Counted from the first letter of the stretch, positions 1-9,348 are shown. The stretch is 36,698 nucleotides of DNA from Candidatus Heimdallarchaeota archaeon (GCA_048881705.1 JBHLSH010000036.1:1-36698), one strand, 5' to 3'. Numbers and translations: made by a program. Notes: generated from the letters alone by a model not told the origin.

Positions 1-11
1 AATTCCCAAGG

Positions 12-215
12 ATGAAAAAACAAGTGACCGAAAAACTACAAACAAACGAACAAGAGAGCCAATCTCTGCGGGCATTGGCGATTAGCTGGATGATATTAGG
101 TTTAGGTAACTTAGTATTTTGTTTGATCGGTGTCGTCTTTTTAATCCAAGCTTCACGAATGTCCCGTAGCATAAGGACGGAACGAAACGTACTTGCAGGT
201 GGAGGTGCAAAATAA
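12..215 (+). CDS. Small single-pass membrane protein (may extend 5' beyond the window)
   Basis: One hydrophobic segment (ISWMILGLGNLVFCLIGVVFLI). Its TAA overlaps the next ATG (TAATG), implying coupling. The frame is open upstream to the window edge. Confidence 0.55.
   Translation: MKKQVTEKLQTNEQESQSLRALAISWMILGLGNLVFCLIGVVFLIQASRMSRSIRTERNVLAGGGAK
201..207 (+). promoter_or_regulatory. Shine-Dalgarno GGAGGTG for the ATG at 215
   Basis: GGAGGTG lies 7 nt before ATG 215. Related AGGTGA motifs precede ATGs at 3226 (3215-3220), 4865 (4850-4855), 12290 (12277-12282) and 19221 (19209-19214). Confidence 0.7.
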
Positions 216-697
216 TGGCATGGATCCCTGCAATAGCGGCCGCGTCGGCTGCATCTGCATGTCACACAGGTCAAGGGAAAAAACTACCAAAATGGGCGGT
301 TTTGTTTATCATACTGACCATGGCCGTGGGGCTGATTATTCCACTTGGCTTTTTGGTAATAAGGTCTCAAAGCAGTTCTTCACTGATCATCATGCCGTTA
401 GTGCTCTTCTGCTTCATAATGTTTGGAGTCGTAGCCATGGTGGTTGTAATTAGCTCTGAGGGGGATGAAAAGGTCAGTGAGACAGGAATTAAAGCGTCGT
501 ACAAAAGAAGACGAGTACAACCACGAAAAAGCGAATATTTGGGAGATCCGGAACCTGAATGGCATACCTGGTCCCCAACTAACCGAATTAGAAAAGAACA
601 CTATTGCTCGAACTGTGGTTCCAGGCTAGACCATGAAGACAATTTTTGTGATCAATGTGGTTGGGAAGTGAGAGCAAAGAGTTACGATAGGAGATAA
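215..697 (+). CDS. Two-TM membrane protein with C-terminal zinc ribbon
   Basis: Two hydrophobic helices, then CSNCG-x10-CDQCG, a zinc_ribbon_2-type CxxC...CxxC. Strong SD; 2 nt from the next ORF. Confidence 0.8.
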   Translation: MAWIPAIAAASAASACHTGQGKKLPKWAVLFIILTMAVGLIIPLGFLVIRSQSSSSLIIMPLVLFCFIMFGVVAMVVVISSEGDEKVSETGIKASYKRRRVQPRKSEYLGDPEPEWHTWSPTNRIRKEHYCSNCGSRLDHEDNFCDQCGWEVRAKSYDRR

Positions 698-699
698 GA

Positions 700-1515
700 A
701 TGTTGCAAATGCAAGAAATCGAAATTACCGAGGAACAACGCAATAAAATACTCATCAAAGCTGAGGGATTGTCAAAACATTACGGTAAGGGGAAAATCAA
801 AGCAGTTGATGCGCTCACACTTGAGATTTATGAAGGTGAAACCTTTGGGCTTTTGGGCCCGAATGGAGCTGGTAAGACAACAACCGTACGCCTGCTGAAC
901 TGTATCTTGAAACCAACTAAGGGGACAGCCCACGTGAATGGATACGATATTACCGCGGATGCGGACGAGGTTCGATCAATCACAGGTTTACTTGCGGAAT
1001 CACCTGGTCTGTATGAAAAGTTGAGCGCATATGAATTTTTGGAATTTATGGGCGCATTGTACAAACTCAAGAATCCCGTACTGAAAGATCGCATTGAGGA
1101 ACTCCTTCAGCTATTTAATTTGTGGGATAGGAAGGATTACCTCCTTGAAGGATTTAGTACTGGAATGAGGCAGAAAGTTCTCCTGGCCGCAACCCTGATC
1201 CATGATCCGAAGATCTTGTTCTTTGATGAACCGACAGCCGGTTTGGATCCACGCGCGTCTCACATGGTGAAGGATCTGATCAAGGAATTAGCGGAGGATG
1301 CTCAAAAAACAGTGGTAATCTGTTCTCATATTCTTCCAGTGGTTCAGGAACTTTGTGATAGGATCGGGATCATCCATCAGGGCCGCCTTATCGCGGTTGG
1401 AACAATCGACGAGATTATCACGCAGACGGGAGCAAACTCATTAGAGGAAGCTTTCATAGCTGTGACGGGCGGAGTAGATGAAAAAGAGCTTTTGGCCTGG
1501 AGGAATCATCAATGA
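700..1515 (+). CDS. ABC transporter ATP-binding protein (exporter type)
   Basis: Walker A GPNGAGKTT, signature FSTGMRQK, Walker B ILFFDEPT, H-loop CSH. Confidence 0.95.
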   Translation: MLQMQEIEITEEQRNKILIKAEGLSKHYGKGKIKAVDALTLEIYEGETFGLLGPNGAGKTTTVRLLNCILKPTKGTAHVNGYDITADADEVRSITGLLAESPGLYEKLSAYEFLEFMGALYKLKNPVLKDRIEELLQLFNLWDRKDYLLEGFSTGMRQKVLLAATLIHDPKILFFDEPTAGLDPRASHMVKDLIKELAEDAQKTVVICSHILPVVQELCDRIGIIHQGRLIAVGTIDEIITQTGANSLEEAFIAVTGGVDEKELLAWRNHQ

Positions 1516-3146
1516 ACATTTTGGGTCGTGGTTTTGACTTTGCCTGGTTTCCGATAAGCCGCGCACAATATAGAGTGACCACATCAAGGATAAGGGGATA
1601 TCGCCCCTACCTGCCGTACATAATACCTGGAGGATTGGCTCTATGGATTTTTGTCATTGCCCCGATGATAGTAGACTCGTTAATAGACGAAATTCAAGCC
1701 ATAATCCTCTCGCAGGTAGCAGTCGTAATGATTCAGTTTCTCCTTACCTATTTTTTCTTAATTTTCCTCACTTTTCCCATAGTGTCCACTTTACAGGACA
1801 TTAAGGCTGACCAATTATCTCTATTACTGAGTTCGCCTGTTCACTCCAGCGATCTCTTGATTGGAGAGTTTGTTGGAAAATCCCCGTTTTATACCGTTTT
1901 TGCAGTGATCATTGGGGGGTTATTTACAGCAGTATTAGTGCCATTGAATCTAGACATGGTTCAGATACTTATCGTCGTTTTAATCTTCGTGGTAATATTT
2001 TTTTCTGCCTTATGGATTGGAAACCTCATTGCTGTGATTCTCCGATCCTTTCTCATGAAATCCGCCCGAGGACGAGATATTGGTAGAGGATTGGCCGTCC
2101 TAATAATATTGCCGTTGGTAGCAATCCTATATGGCTTTATGGGGGGTTACCTAGAAGCCCTAAAGGACCCAGCAATTGGAAAATTAGTCCAAGACATTCT
2201 TACCTTCGTTCCTAGTGCGTGGGGTGCTGGGGTCATCGTCGAATTTGCACGAAATCCGGGAGATTTGTCGGCCATAGATCCATTTGCATATCTTCAATTT
2301 GCTGGAATCTTGGTCTTTTTCTTTGGTTCAGTGTATCTAGGTGGAATTTTGGCCAATCGAGCTTACAACATGGAACCCTCCACGTTTAGTGCATCAACCG
2401 CGAAACCAGATGGAATCCTTTACAAGTCTATCAAGAGGTTAGGGGTAACAGACTCCTTTGGAACACTATTGGTTTCGGGTTTCAAGAATTATATGCGCAA
2501 CGCTAGGAATGTTTCATGGGCTGTGTATGCCATTGGTTTGACAGCAATGGTTTCTCTATTTCTAATGACACCTACTGACCATCGTGGGGCCATTATTAGT
2601 ACTAGAATCCTTGCACCCCTGTTAGCTGCTTTTGTGGTCTCTGAAGTAACCCTACAAGGAAAAGAAAATCTGTTAATATACAAGCAAACCCCTTCTGGAA
2701 CATCACGCTATATTATGGCAAAATTTTGGCAGTACTTACTATCAATTATGCCCGTGGTCTTTGTTTTTGATGTTATTGTGGGTTTACGCATAGCAGGCAT
2801 GGACGGGATGATGTTTGGAAGCAACCTGGTTTTCTCATTGATGATTGCCTCAGGAACGGTAACTGTCGTCTTGGGTTTGTTCCTTATGAATCCTGCCTAT
2901 GATGATAAGGCTGCTGAGTATCAGATCAATCTCCAAATATGCATTTTCTTGTTACTCATCCCCTTCTTCATTGGAATGATTCTTCTCGAGAATTTCGCCT
3001 ATCACACAATAGGATTCCTTTTGAGTGGTTTTACGGAGCGGGATGCTCACTTCTATAGTTGGATTCTTCTCTACGGCCTACTAATATGGCTAGTTGGAAT
3101 GATCTTCCTTTGGCTTGGGAAAAAGAGGTTAGAAAACCTTGAGTAG
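1512..3146 (+). CDS. Polytopic ABC exporter permease (about 12 TM)
   Basis: ATGA overlap with the ATPase. Two sets of hydrophobic helices, with LLLSSPV and LLIYKQTP loop motifs typical of ABC-2-like permeases. Confidence 0.85.
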   Translation: MNILGRGFDFAWFPISRAQYRVTTSRIRGYRPYLPYIIPGGLALWIFVIAPMIVDSLIDEIQAIILSQVAVVMIQFLLTYFFLIFLTFPIVSTLQDIKADQLSLLLSSPVHSSDLLIGEFVGKSPFYTVFAVIIGGLFTAVLVPLNLDMVQILIVVLIFVVIFFSALWIGNLIAVILRSFLMKSARGRDIGRGLAVLIILPLVAILYGFMGGYLEALKDPAIGKLVQDILTFVPSAWGAGVIVEFARNPGDLSAIDPFAYLQFAGILVFFFGSVYLGGILANRAYNMEPSTFSASTAKPDGILYKSIKRLGVTDSFGTLLVSGFKNYMRNARNVSWAVYAIGLTAMVSLFLMTPTDHRGAIISTRILAPLLAAFVVSEVTLQGKENLLIYKQTPSGTSRYIMAKFWQYLLSIMPVVFVFDVIVGLRIAGMDGMMFGSNLVFSLMIASGTVTVVLGLFLMNPAYDDKAAEYQINLQICIFLLLIPFFIGMILLENFAYHTIGFLLSGFTERDAHFYSWILLYGLLIWLVGMIFLWLGKKRLENLE

Positions 3147-3225
3147 CTGGTATTTCTGGTCTCATCTAAATTTGATATATTCTTCTGGACAAATCTGGAC
3201 AATTCGGAGATGAAAGGTGAAAATA

Positions 3226-4203
3226 ATGAATAAGAATACGATGCGCCTAATTCTAGTGGTGGTGTTTGGAATTCAATTGGTGTTCTTTGGGCTTTCGCTG
3301 TTTCTAATGGAAGACTTTGATGCTCCTCAAACAGATGCCGCGATTTCCATGCATGGTGCGGACGTCATTGTTTTTCTAACCGACGGGTTTTCAAAGCGGG
3401 ACCTTCAAAACGTGGCCCATTTCATTGGCGATCTTTGGGGTGCCAGAATCACTCTTGCAGGACTAATCCAGAACGTTACCGCGGACGATGGCACCCAATT
3501 TCGCGATCTTTCTGTTCTTCAGGGAACCACAGATGTGATGGACTTTGATGGGATTTACATACCAGGTGGTAATATATCTTCTTCGTTTATTGCTGATGTT
3601 CTCGTATCCACGCTATTACGAAAGGCTAGCAGGCATAACCTCGTTATTGCTGCCTGTGGTGAAGGTATTTTAGTTCAAGCCTCATCGGGCCTCCTCAATG
3701 GCAAGAAGTTTACCTCTTCCCCGCAGGATGTCTCCACTATTGTAGAAGCCGGCGGAATTTATGTAGAAAACTCCACGGTAGTTATCGACGGCAATGTTAT
3801 TTCAGCGACAGACCCCAACTACGAGGAATTGAGTTATGCAATAGCTAATTCGCTAGGTTATTCTTACACTCTTAATGTCAACCTTAAAATGAGTAAAGAA
3901 AATAGCGGTTGGAATTATTCTCTAATCATCACGATTTCAGATAAGAGAATCGTGGACCACATGAACATTACTCTTTCCCGTGTTGAAACCCAAGGGGTAG
4001 CAGAAATCGGAACATTCATGCTTAAATCCACCAATGTTGGGGATTTCCGAATCTCATTCGGAGTCCTTTCCAATGGGGACTATATCGTTGATTGTAAAAC
4101 AATTTCAATCTTTAACCGAATAGAAAGCAGGGAAAGAATCAGTGAATTCTCGGTTGGCGTCAATCAATTCCTATTTCACCCCTCCAAGTTGCCATCCCGA
4201 TAA
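3226..4203 (+). CDS. Membrane-anchored DJ-1/PfpI-family protein with C-terminal beta domain; catalytic residues appear altered
   Basis: N-terminal TM; FLTDGF, FDGIYIPGG, GLLNGKKFTS and VVIDGNVISA match the DJ-1/PfpI fold. Start moved from GTG 3217 to ATG 3226 because AGGTGA at 3215-3220 is an SD. Confidence 0.8.
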   Translation: MNKNTMRLILVVVFGIQLVFFGLSLFLMEDFDAPQTDAAISMHGADVIVFLTDGFSKRDLQNVAHFIGDLWGARITLAGLIQNVTADDGTQFRDLSVLQGTTDVMDFDGIYIPGGNISSSFIADVLVSTLLRKASRHNLVIAACGEGILVQASSGLLNGKKFTSSPQDVSTIVEAGGIYVENSTVVIDGNVISATDPNYEELSYAIANSLGYSYTLNVNLKMSKENSGWNYSLIITISDKRIVDHMNITLSRVETQGVAEIGTFMLKSTNVGDFRISFGVLSNGDYIVDCKTISIFNRIESRERISEFSVGVNQFLFHPSKLPSR

Positions 4204-4335
4204 TGAAAAACAGTACGGTTTGGTAATCCAATGTCCAGCCATGAATAATAAAATATAAAGACATCACCTAAAGAAACCCAAACCAATTACCAATATCCAA
4301 GGGTACGTTCTTTCATAATAGCGATCTCTACCTAG

Positions 4336-4851
4336 ATGGAGAACTCTTTCTTGTCTCAGAGGCCTGAATTTTTAACGGAGTACGAACTAGAGGTGTTCAG
4401 GCTGGTCAATGAGGGAAAAGATGCTCAACAGATCGCTGATGATCTGAATAGGAATGAAAACCTAAATAGGGACAAAGAAGGAAAAAAAATCGAAAGAAGC
4501 CCGGAAAATATTCGAAAAACCAAGGTCGTTGTACGAAAAAAACTCGAAAGAGAATTACGCAAAATTGCAGAGGCCAATCGTCTGGATCTCGATCTGGCAA
4601 AAATGCCAAAGGACACAGGCCTTCTAATTGCATTTGATTGGGTTCACAACACCAAGGTCTACCTAATCTATACTCGAGAACTGGGAGTAGTGGCATGGTG
4701 GGAGCATCTCTGTTCCGACAGGTGTCAACATCGATGTCAGGACACCCTAGATTTGATTTTACGCGAAAGACAGATAAAACTACCCCCAGAACTAAAAGAT
4801 AAGTCTATTCTTGATCAATTTAGAGAGGCAATAGCTATTATTCAACGATAG
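4336..4851 (+). CDS. LuxR/sigma70-r4-like HTH protein with C-terminal His/Cys cluster
   Basis: LTEYELEVFRLVNEGKDAQQIADDL is LuxR-type; the C-terminal part has WWEHLCSDRCQHRC. Confidence 0.7.
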   Translation: MENSFLSQRPEFLTEYELEVFRLVNEGKDAQQIADDLNRNENLNRDKEGKKIERSPENIRKTKVVVRKKLERELRKIAEANRLDLDLAKMPKDTGLLIAFDWVHNTKVYLIYTRELGVVAWWEHLCSDRCQHRCQDTLDLILRERQIKLPPELKDKSILDQFREAIAIIQR

Positions 4852-4864
4852 GTGAAAATCAACA

Positions 4865-5527
4865 ATGAGTAACGCGGTTTTGATAAAAGGAGATGGTGTA
4901 TACCCTGAACCTGAAGTACGGCACATTCGCCCCCATTCACGATTGTTGTGGAAATATATGCTAATTATTTTGGGTTTATGGATTATATGTTTAATTATAA
5001 TTATTGCAGTCGTTTGGTTTTTAGGCCTGCTTCTCAGTGACGCGTTCTCTGGAGAAATTTTGGATTTTTTCGTTTTGGTAAGTGCTGTGTTAACGGGCCT
5101 CTTTTTTGTCCCGATATTAATTCTTCTTCCATTTTATGTCCGGAGTATGTTGTACATTGTTCATGGAGACGAGGTGGTGGTTCACAAAGGCATTATTAAT
5201 CGGACAGTTAAACATTGTCCCTATAGGAATATAGTGAATATTTCCACAAACGCCGGTCCGTTGGATCGCGTGTTGGGGATTGGCAATGTCAATATCGAAA
5301 CCGCTGGTGCAAGTACCTCAGTTACAGAGCCTGAAGAGCGTCTAGAAGGGCTTCGACTATATGCAGAAATTCGGGATTACATTCTACGCCAAATTCGGAC
5401 ATTTCAATCGATTGAATCTGACCTTTCTACGGAAAAAGACGTCCCTTACAGCCAAGAAGACCTTCAAAGAGAATCGCTGATGTTGCTAAAAGAAATTCGA
5501 GACCTTTTGAGGGAACGGGGGGGGTGA
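4865..5527 (+). CDS. bPH_2 (bacterial PH, YdbS/YdbT-like) membrane protein
   Basis: Two TM helices, then VVVHKGIINRTVKHCPYRNIVNIS and GPLDRVLGIGNVNIETAG, characteristic of bPH_2. Confidence 0.88.
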   Translation: MSNAVLIKGDGVYPEPEVRHIRPHSRLLWKYMLIILGLWIICLIIIIAVVWFLGLLLSDAFSGEILDFFVLVSAVLTGLFFVPILILLPFYVRSMLYIVHGDEVVVHKGIINRTVKHCPYRNIVNISTNAGPLDRVLGIGNVNIETAGASTSVTEPEERLEGLRLYAEIRDYILRQIRTFQSIESDLSTEKDVPYSQEDLQRESLMLLKEIRDLLRERGG

Positions 5528-6204
5528 TTTTCGTGCTGTCTCCTATTACTGAAAAAGGACACATATATTCTTTCAAACCCAAGCCTGCATATCGCAATAA
5601 GTTGTTTCTCTATATTGTCACAATTACTCTGGGCGTCTGGGTAACAGTTGCGATTATATTGGGATTCCTAATAGTTATTCTTGATGCCGGGGTAGGTTCA
5701 GAAAACTTTCAGAATCGTCTTCAGCTCCTTTCGAGTATGTTCGGAGATATCGTCTTTCCAGGAATTATTCTATTTACCCTGATTTCAATTGTACTATCTT
5801 TTGTCGTAATTGTTTATTATGTACGAGCGATTGAATACACCTTAGATGGGACAGAGGTGGTTGTTCGCAAAGGTATCTTCAATAAAACTGTGACACATAT
5901 TCCGTTTCGTGTGATTACCAATGTAAGTACCAGATATGGGATTTATGATAGAATCTTTGGAATAGGAACGGTTGAAATCGAAACAGCTTCTGGAAAATCT
6001 GGTGTTTACGTTGAGCCCGAAGCTAAAATTGAGGGAGTTCGTAATTTCCGAGAAATACGGGATTTTATACTTACGTCTCTCCGGAGTCTTTCGGGCCTAT
6101 ATACAACAACAACGGAAAGAGCGGGAATTCCGCGAAATCGTGACAGGAAGTTCTATCACGAGCTTTATTCAACCTTAAAAGAAATCCGAGATATTCTTTC
6201 ATAA
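5524..6204 (+). CDS. bPH_2 membrane protein, paralog of the upstream gene
   Basis: GTGA overlap; VVVRKGIFNKTVTHIPFRVITNVS and GIYDRIFGIGTVEIETASG. Confidence 0.88.
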   Translation: MIFVLSPITEKGHIYSFKPKPAYRNKLFLYIVTITLGVWVTVAIILGFLIVILDAGVGSENFQNRLQLLSSMFGDIVFPGIILFTLISIVLSFVVIVYYVRAIEYTLDGTEVVVRKGIFNKTVTHIPFRVITNVSTRYGIYDRIFGIGTVEIETASGKSGVYVEPEAKIEGVRNFREIRDFILTSLRSLSGLYTTTTERAGIPRNRDRKFYHELYSTLKEIRDILS

Positions 6205-6240
6205 TGTTTTAGTGAAATCCTAATCCTTTGTCTTTTAAGG

Positions 6241-7179
6241 TTAATTTACCAAGCTTTCTCTTTCAAAGACCTTGGCAGCAATCCAAATAACTAGAAAAAG
6301 TGTGAAAACGATTGATATCAGATGAAACACTACATCTGCCCATATATTTCCGATTGGGATCAATAAAAGATTGTTTGAAGTAAAGTACTGCGGTAAGAGG
6401 GTTTTTTGAAATATTGCTAGTGCATGTTCCCAAGGAACCAGGTAAAGGAGAAGAGGCAAGGGGGAGACCAGGCTCATACTAAGCATCTCAGGAATCCCTG
6501 TAAAAAGGTTGATTGTGAGGAAGACCAGCATTGGCATCATAAACAGAGTAAAAATCTGCCTAGAGGTCTCTGCGCTTTTGGCCAAAGAAGCAATTGATAT
6601 CCCAATCCCAAGATTTAGTAGGGTACATAGCATAAGCGTAAGGCCGAACATTGGTATCAAGGTCGGAGAGAGGTAAGTTGCAAAAACTATGGATGACCAG
6701 TTGTTCGAAGGAGCAACTATTTCATTAGTAACGAACTGATAAATAATAAAGCAAGTTAGGTTAACAATGACGGAGATGATACCTAAGAGAGATCCAGCTA
6801 CGATCTTGGCGGACAATATCTTCTGGCGTGAAAGAGGTAGACTCAATAGTGATTCCAACGTTTTCTTCTCTTTCTCTCCTGCAATTGCAGATGAGATATA
6901 AGGAACAGCAGTGAAAAAAGTTACGAGTAATGCAATCATTAAGGGCATTCCCAGATCGAGTGAAACATCCTGAGGGGTTAAATTTTCGATTGGAGAGATC
7001 TCAGAATTCTGGGAGGTTCCTCCTGAATTCGCTACCAATCCCAGTCGCATTAGCGGCAAAACGATTTGAACTCCCCAAAAAAGTAATGGCATGACGACCA
7101 CCATTAACATAATGCCCCGGGTTCTTCGGGCTCCTTGTAATTCACGCATAATTAAGAATTTAATCTGTTTGTAAGTCAT
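6241..7179 (-). CDS. ABC-2 family permease (NatB-like)
   Basis: AIAGEKEKKTLESLLSLPLSRQKILSAK motif; about 6 TM helices; directly downstream of an ATPase gene. Confidence 0.9.
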   Translation of the reverse strand: MTYKQIKFLIMRELQGARRTRGIMLMVVVMPLLFWGVQIVLPLMRLGLVANSGGTSQNSEISPIENLTPQDVSLDLGMPLMIALLVTFFTAVPYISSAIAGEKEKKTLESLLSLPLSRQKILSAKIVAGSLLGIISVIVNLTCFIIYQFVTNEIVAPSNNWSSIVFATYLSPTLIPMFGLTLMLCTLLNLGIGISIASLAKSAETSRQIFTLFMMPMLVFLTINLFTGIPEMLSMSLVSPLPLLLYLVPWEHALAIFQKTLLPQYFTSNNLLLIPIGNIWADVVFHLISIVFTLFLVIWIAAKVFERESLVN

Positions 7180-7191
7180 AAGTGTTCATCC

Positions 7192-7953
7192 CTATGCTGT
7201 AACCTCTTCCTTACTTCGAATTTTTCTTACCAAATTTGTGTATACGGCCTCTATTCCATTAAGCTGGTACCTTTCTTCCAGTTCTGTCGGTTCCCCTACA
7301 TCTACTATCTTACCGTCAACCAAAATGCCCACCCTGTCGCAAAGCTCATTTATATCTGTTAAATCATGAGTTGTCAGGAAAATCGTCTTGTCTTCAGAGG
7401 CAAGCTGTTTGATCAATTGTCTGATCTGTTGGGCGCCAAGAATATCGATTCCTGTTGTTGGTTCATCCAGAAACAGTAAATCAGGATTCATAACCAAAGA
7501 AGAGGCCACCAATACTCTTCGCTTCATTCCCCCGCTGAACTTTTTAGTTAAATCATTCTGCCTGGTTTCTAGACCGATCAGTTTGAGGATTTTGCCTGTT
7601 TGTTCCTGTAGCTCTTTTTCAGAAAGAATATCCCCAGAATGGATCCCACCATGATAGAGAATATTCTCTCTTGCTGAGAGCATCTCCACACAGCTGGCTT
7701 CTTGTGGAAGTAACGATGACCTCTTCCGGATTTTGTAAATATCTGTGATTATATTTAGATTACCGAAAAGAGTAGCTGATCCGCTTGTCGGTCGTATTAA
7801 CCCCAATAGGGTTCTGATAAGGGTTGTCTTTCCCGATCCATTAGGGCCCAACAACCCGAATACTTCTCCTTTTTTTACATTCAGTGAAACCGTGTCCAAT
7901 GCAGTGATATTCTTAAATCGTTTTGTTAATTTTTTTATTTCAATTACATACAT
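7192..7953 (-). CDS. ABC transporter ATP-binding protein
   Basis: GPNGSGKTT, FSGGMKRR, LLFLDEPT, TTH. Confidence 0.95.
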   Translation of the reverse strand: MYVIEIKKLTKRFKNITALDTVSLNVKKGEVFGLLGPNGSGKTTLIRTLLGLIRPTSGSATLFGNLNIITDIYKIRKRSSLLPQEASCVEMLSARENILYHGGIHSGDILSEKELQEQTGKILKLIGLETRQNDLTKKFSGGMKRRVLVASSLVMNPDLLFLDEPTTGIDILGAQQIRQLIKQLASEDKTIFLTTHDLTDINELCDRVGILVDGKIVDVGEPTELEERYQLNGIEAVYTNLVRKIRSKEEVTA

Positions 7954-7986
7954 GCTTCATTCTCTCGCCATCTATTTTATTTTCAA

Positions 7987-8286
7987 TCAGAAATCCAAAA
8001 CGAAAAATCTGTTGATCAACTTATAATAGTGGAGTAGCGCCTCCTCTCCTTTCTTTGTGGTAAGATATTCAAATGAACCAAAGTTATTGACTTCTTTAAT
8101 CAGGCCACGAACCATGAGAAACTCAATGGCTTCCTTAAAACCGCTAGTTTTTAATCTCAAATTACGTCGTAGCCAGCTCTGCGTTCTAGGTGTTCGAGCG
8201 CAAACTTCGAGAAGTTCTGACCAGATTTCAAATGAGGATCTCCGCCGACTTCCGTTTCTTTTCGAATCACTTCGCTCTTTCTCCAT
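7987..8286 (-). CDS. Archaeal winged helix-turn-helix regulator (HTH_45-like)
   Basis: RRSSFEIWSELL N-terminus, FLMVRGLIKE and YLTTKKGEEAL wing, typical of small archaeal wHTH proteins. Confidence 0.8.
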   Translation of the reverse strand: MEKERSDSKRNGSRRRSSFEIWSELLEVCARTPRTQSWLRRNLRLKTSGFKEAIEFLMVRGLIKEVNNFGSFEYLTTKKGEEALLHYYKLINRFFVLDF

Positions 8287-8303
8287 TCCTGTGAGTCCCC
8301 CTG

Positions 8304-9029
8304 TTAATCGGCTCCAATCAAGGACTCATCAGTCGGCAGAAGTTCAATATCAGACCCCCATCTTTCCAGTTCATCGAAAACTTTGTTCCATCTTAGAAAT
8401 ACATCCCTCACTTTTTTCCCATGGAAGATCATTCCTCCATATGACATTAGGACCCCTATATATGCTATTGAAAGCCACAAAACAGTATCAAAGGTTTGGG
8501 GATCAACGAAAAGGAAGAGAATCCCAAGGTTGATTAATAATATGGCAATTCCTATAATTACCTGGAGGGCCCATCCTTTGGTATAGAAAAAGCGAGGAGT
8601 TGAGTGCGCATGATCAACGGAGGATTTGAGGATACCCTCCCGTTGATTGTACAACATGGATTGCATCCTATTAACGTAATTTGTGATGCCATCATATCCT
8701 CGCATTCCTGTGACGCTAGATTTTTCCTTTATCTGTTTTAACCTTCCATCCAGATCTTTCCAGTGGGGCCATACTATTCGTATATTATTGAGGGCCACTC
8801 CCACCAATACAGATGTATTGAGAGTGATAAATATAATTTCAAAGGGGGCCTCCAGTCCATCCATCAATAACAGGAAGAAAATGACCAGGATAAAAGTACC
8901 GACAACGTAGACGCTAGAAAGAAGTTGATTGTTCAGGGTTTTTTGGATCTTACGAAAAGGAATCATGAGGGCGCGTTGTGATTCAATCAAACCGTTTGAA
9001 TGATGATTGTCGCTTGTCAATTTACTCAC
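8304..9029 (-). CDS. Hypothetical four-TM membrane protein
   Basis: Two pairs of hydrophobic helices separated by a polar linker; 17 nt from the wHTH gene; GTG start. Confidence 0.65.
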   Translation of the reverse strand: MSKLTSDNHHSNGLIESQRALMIPFRKIQKTLNNQLLSSVYVVGTFILVIFFLLLMDGLEAPFEIIFITLNTSVLVGVALNNIRIVWPHWKDLDGRLKQIKEKSSVTGMRGYDGITNYVNRMQSMLYNQREGILKSSVDHAHSTPRFFYTKGWALQVIIGIAILLINLGILFLFVDPQTFDTVLWLSIAYIGVLMSYGGMIFHGKKVRDVFLRWNKVFDELERWGSDIELLPTDESLIGAD

Positions 9030-9348
9030 TGGAAACGCTCATGAATTCTATAAATTTAAATTGGTAGGGACCTGAAGACCCTAGTTGGTTTTATTGTCCC
9101 TCATTCTACCTCTATCGGATGAATCAAATTAAATAATCCTAATCATGAAAAATGCAGAAAAAAAGAGTTTGAAGGATTGATGTTTATTCTAAAAAGCCGG
9201 ATGCAAGCTGTACTGAAAGGTAGCACGTAAACTCGAGCAATTCGTCATTTCTGTAACTCTTTCTTATTTTAGAAGCCCGTAACGATCGAAAAGGCAGGGA
9301 TACCACTCGTTACCTGCTCGAGGACAATGAGAGATGTCAATTTGGCGT

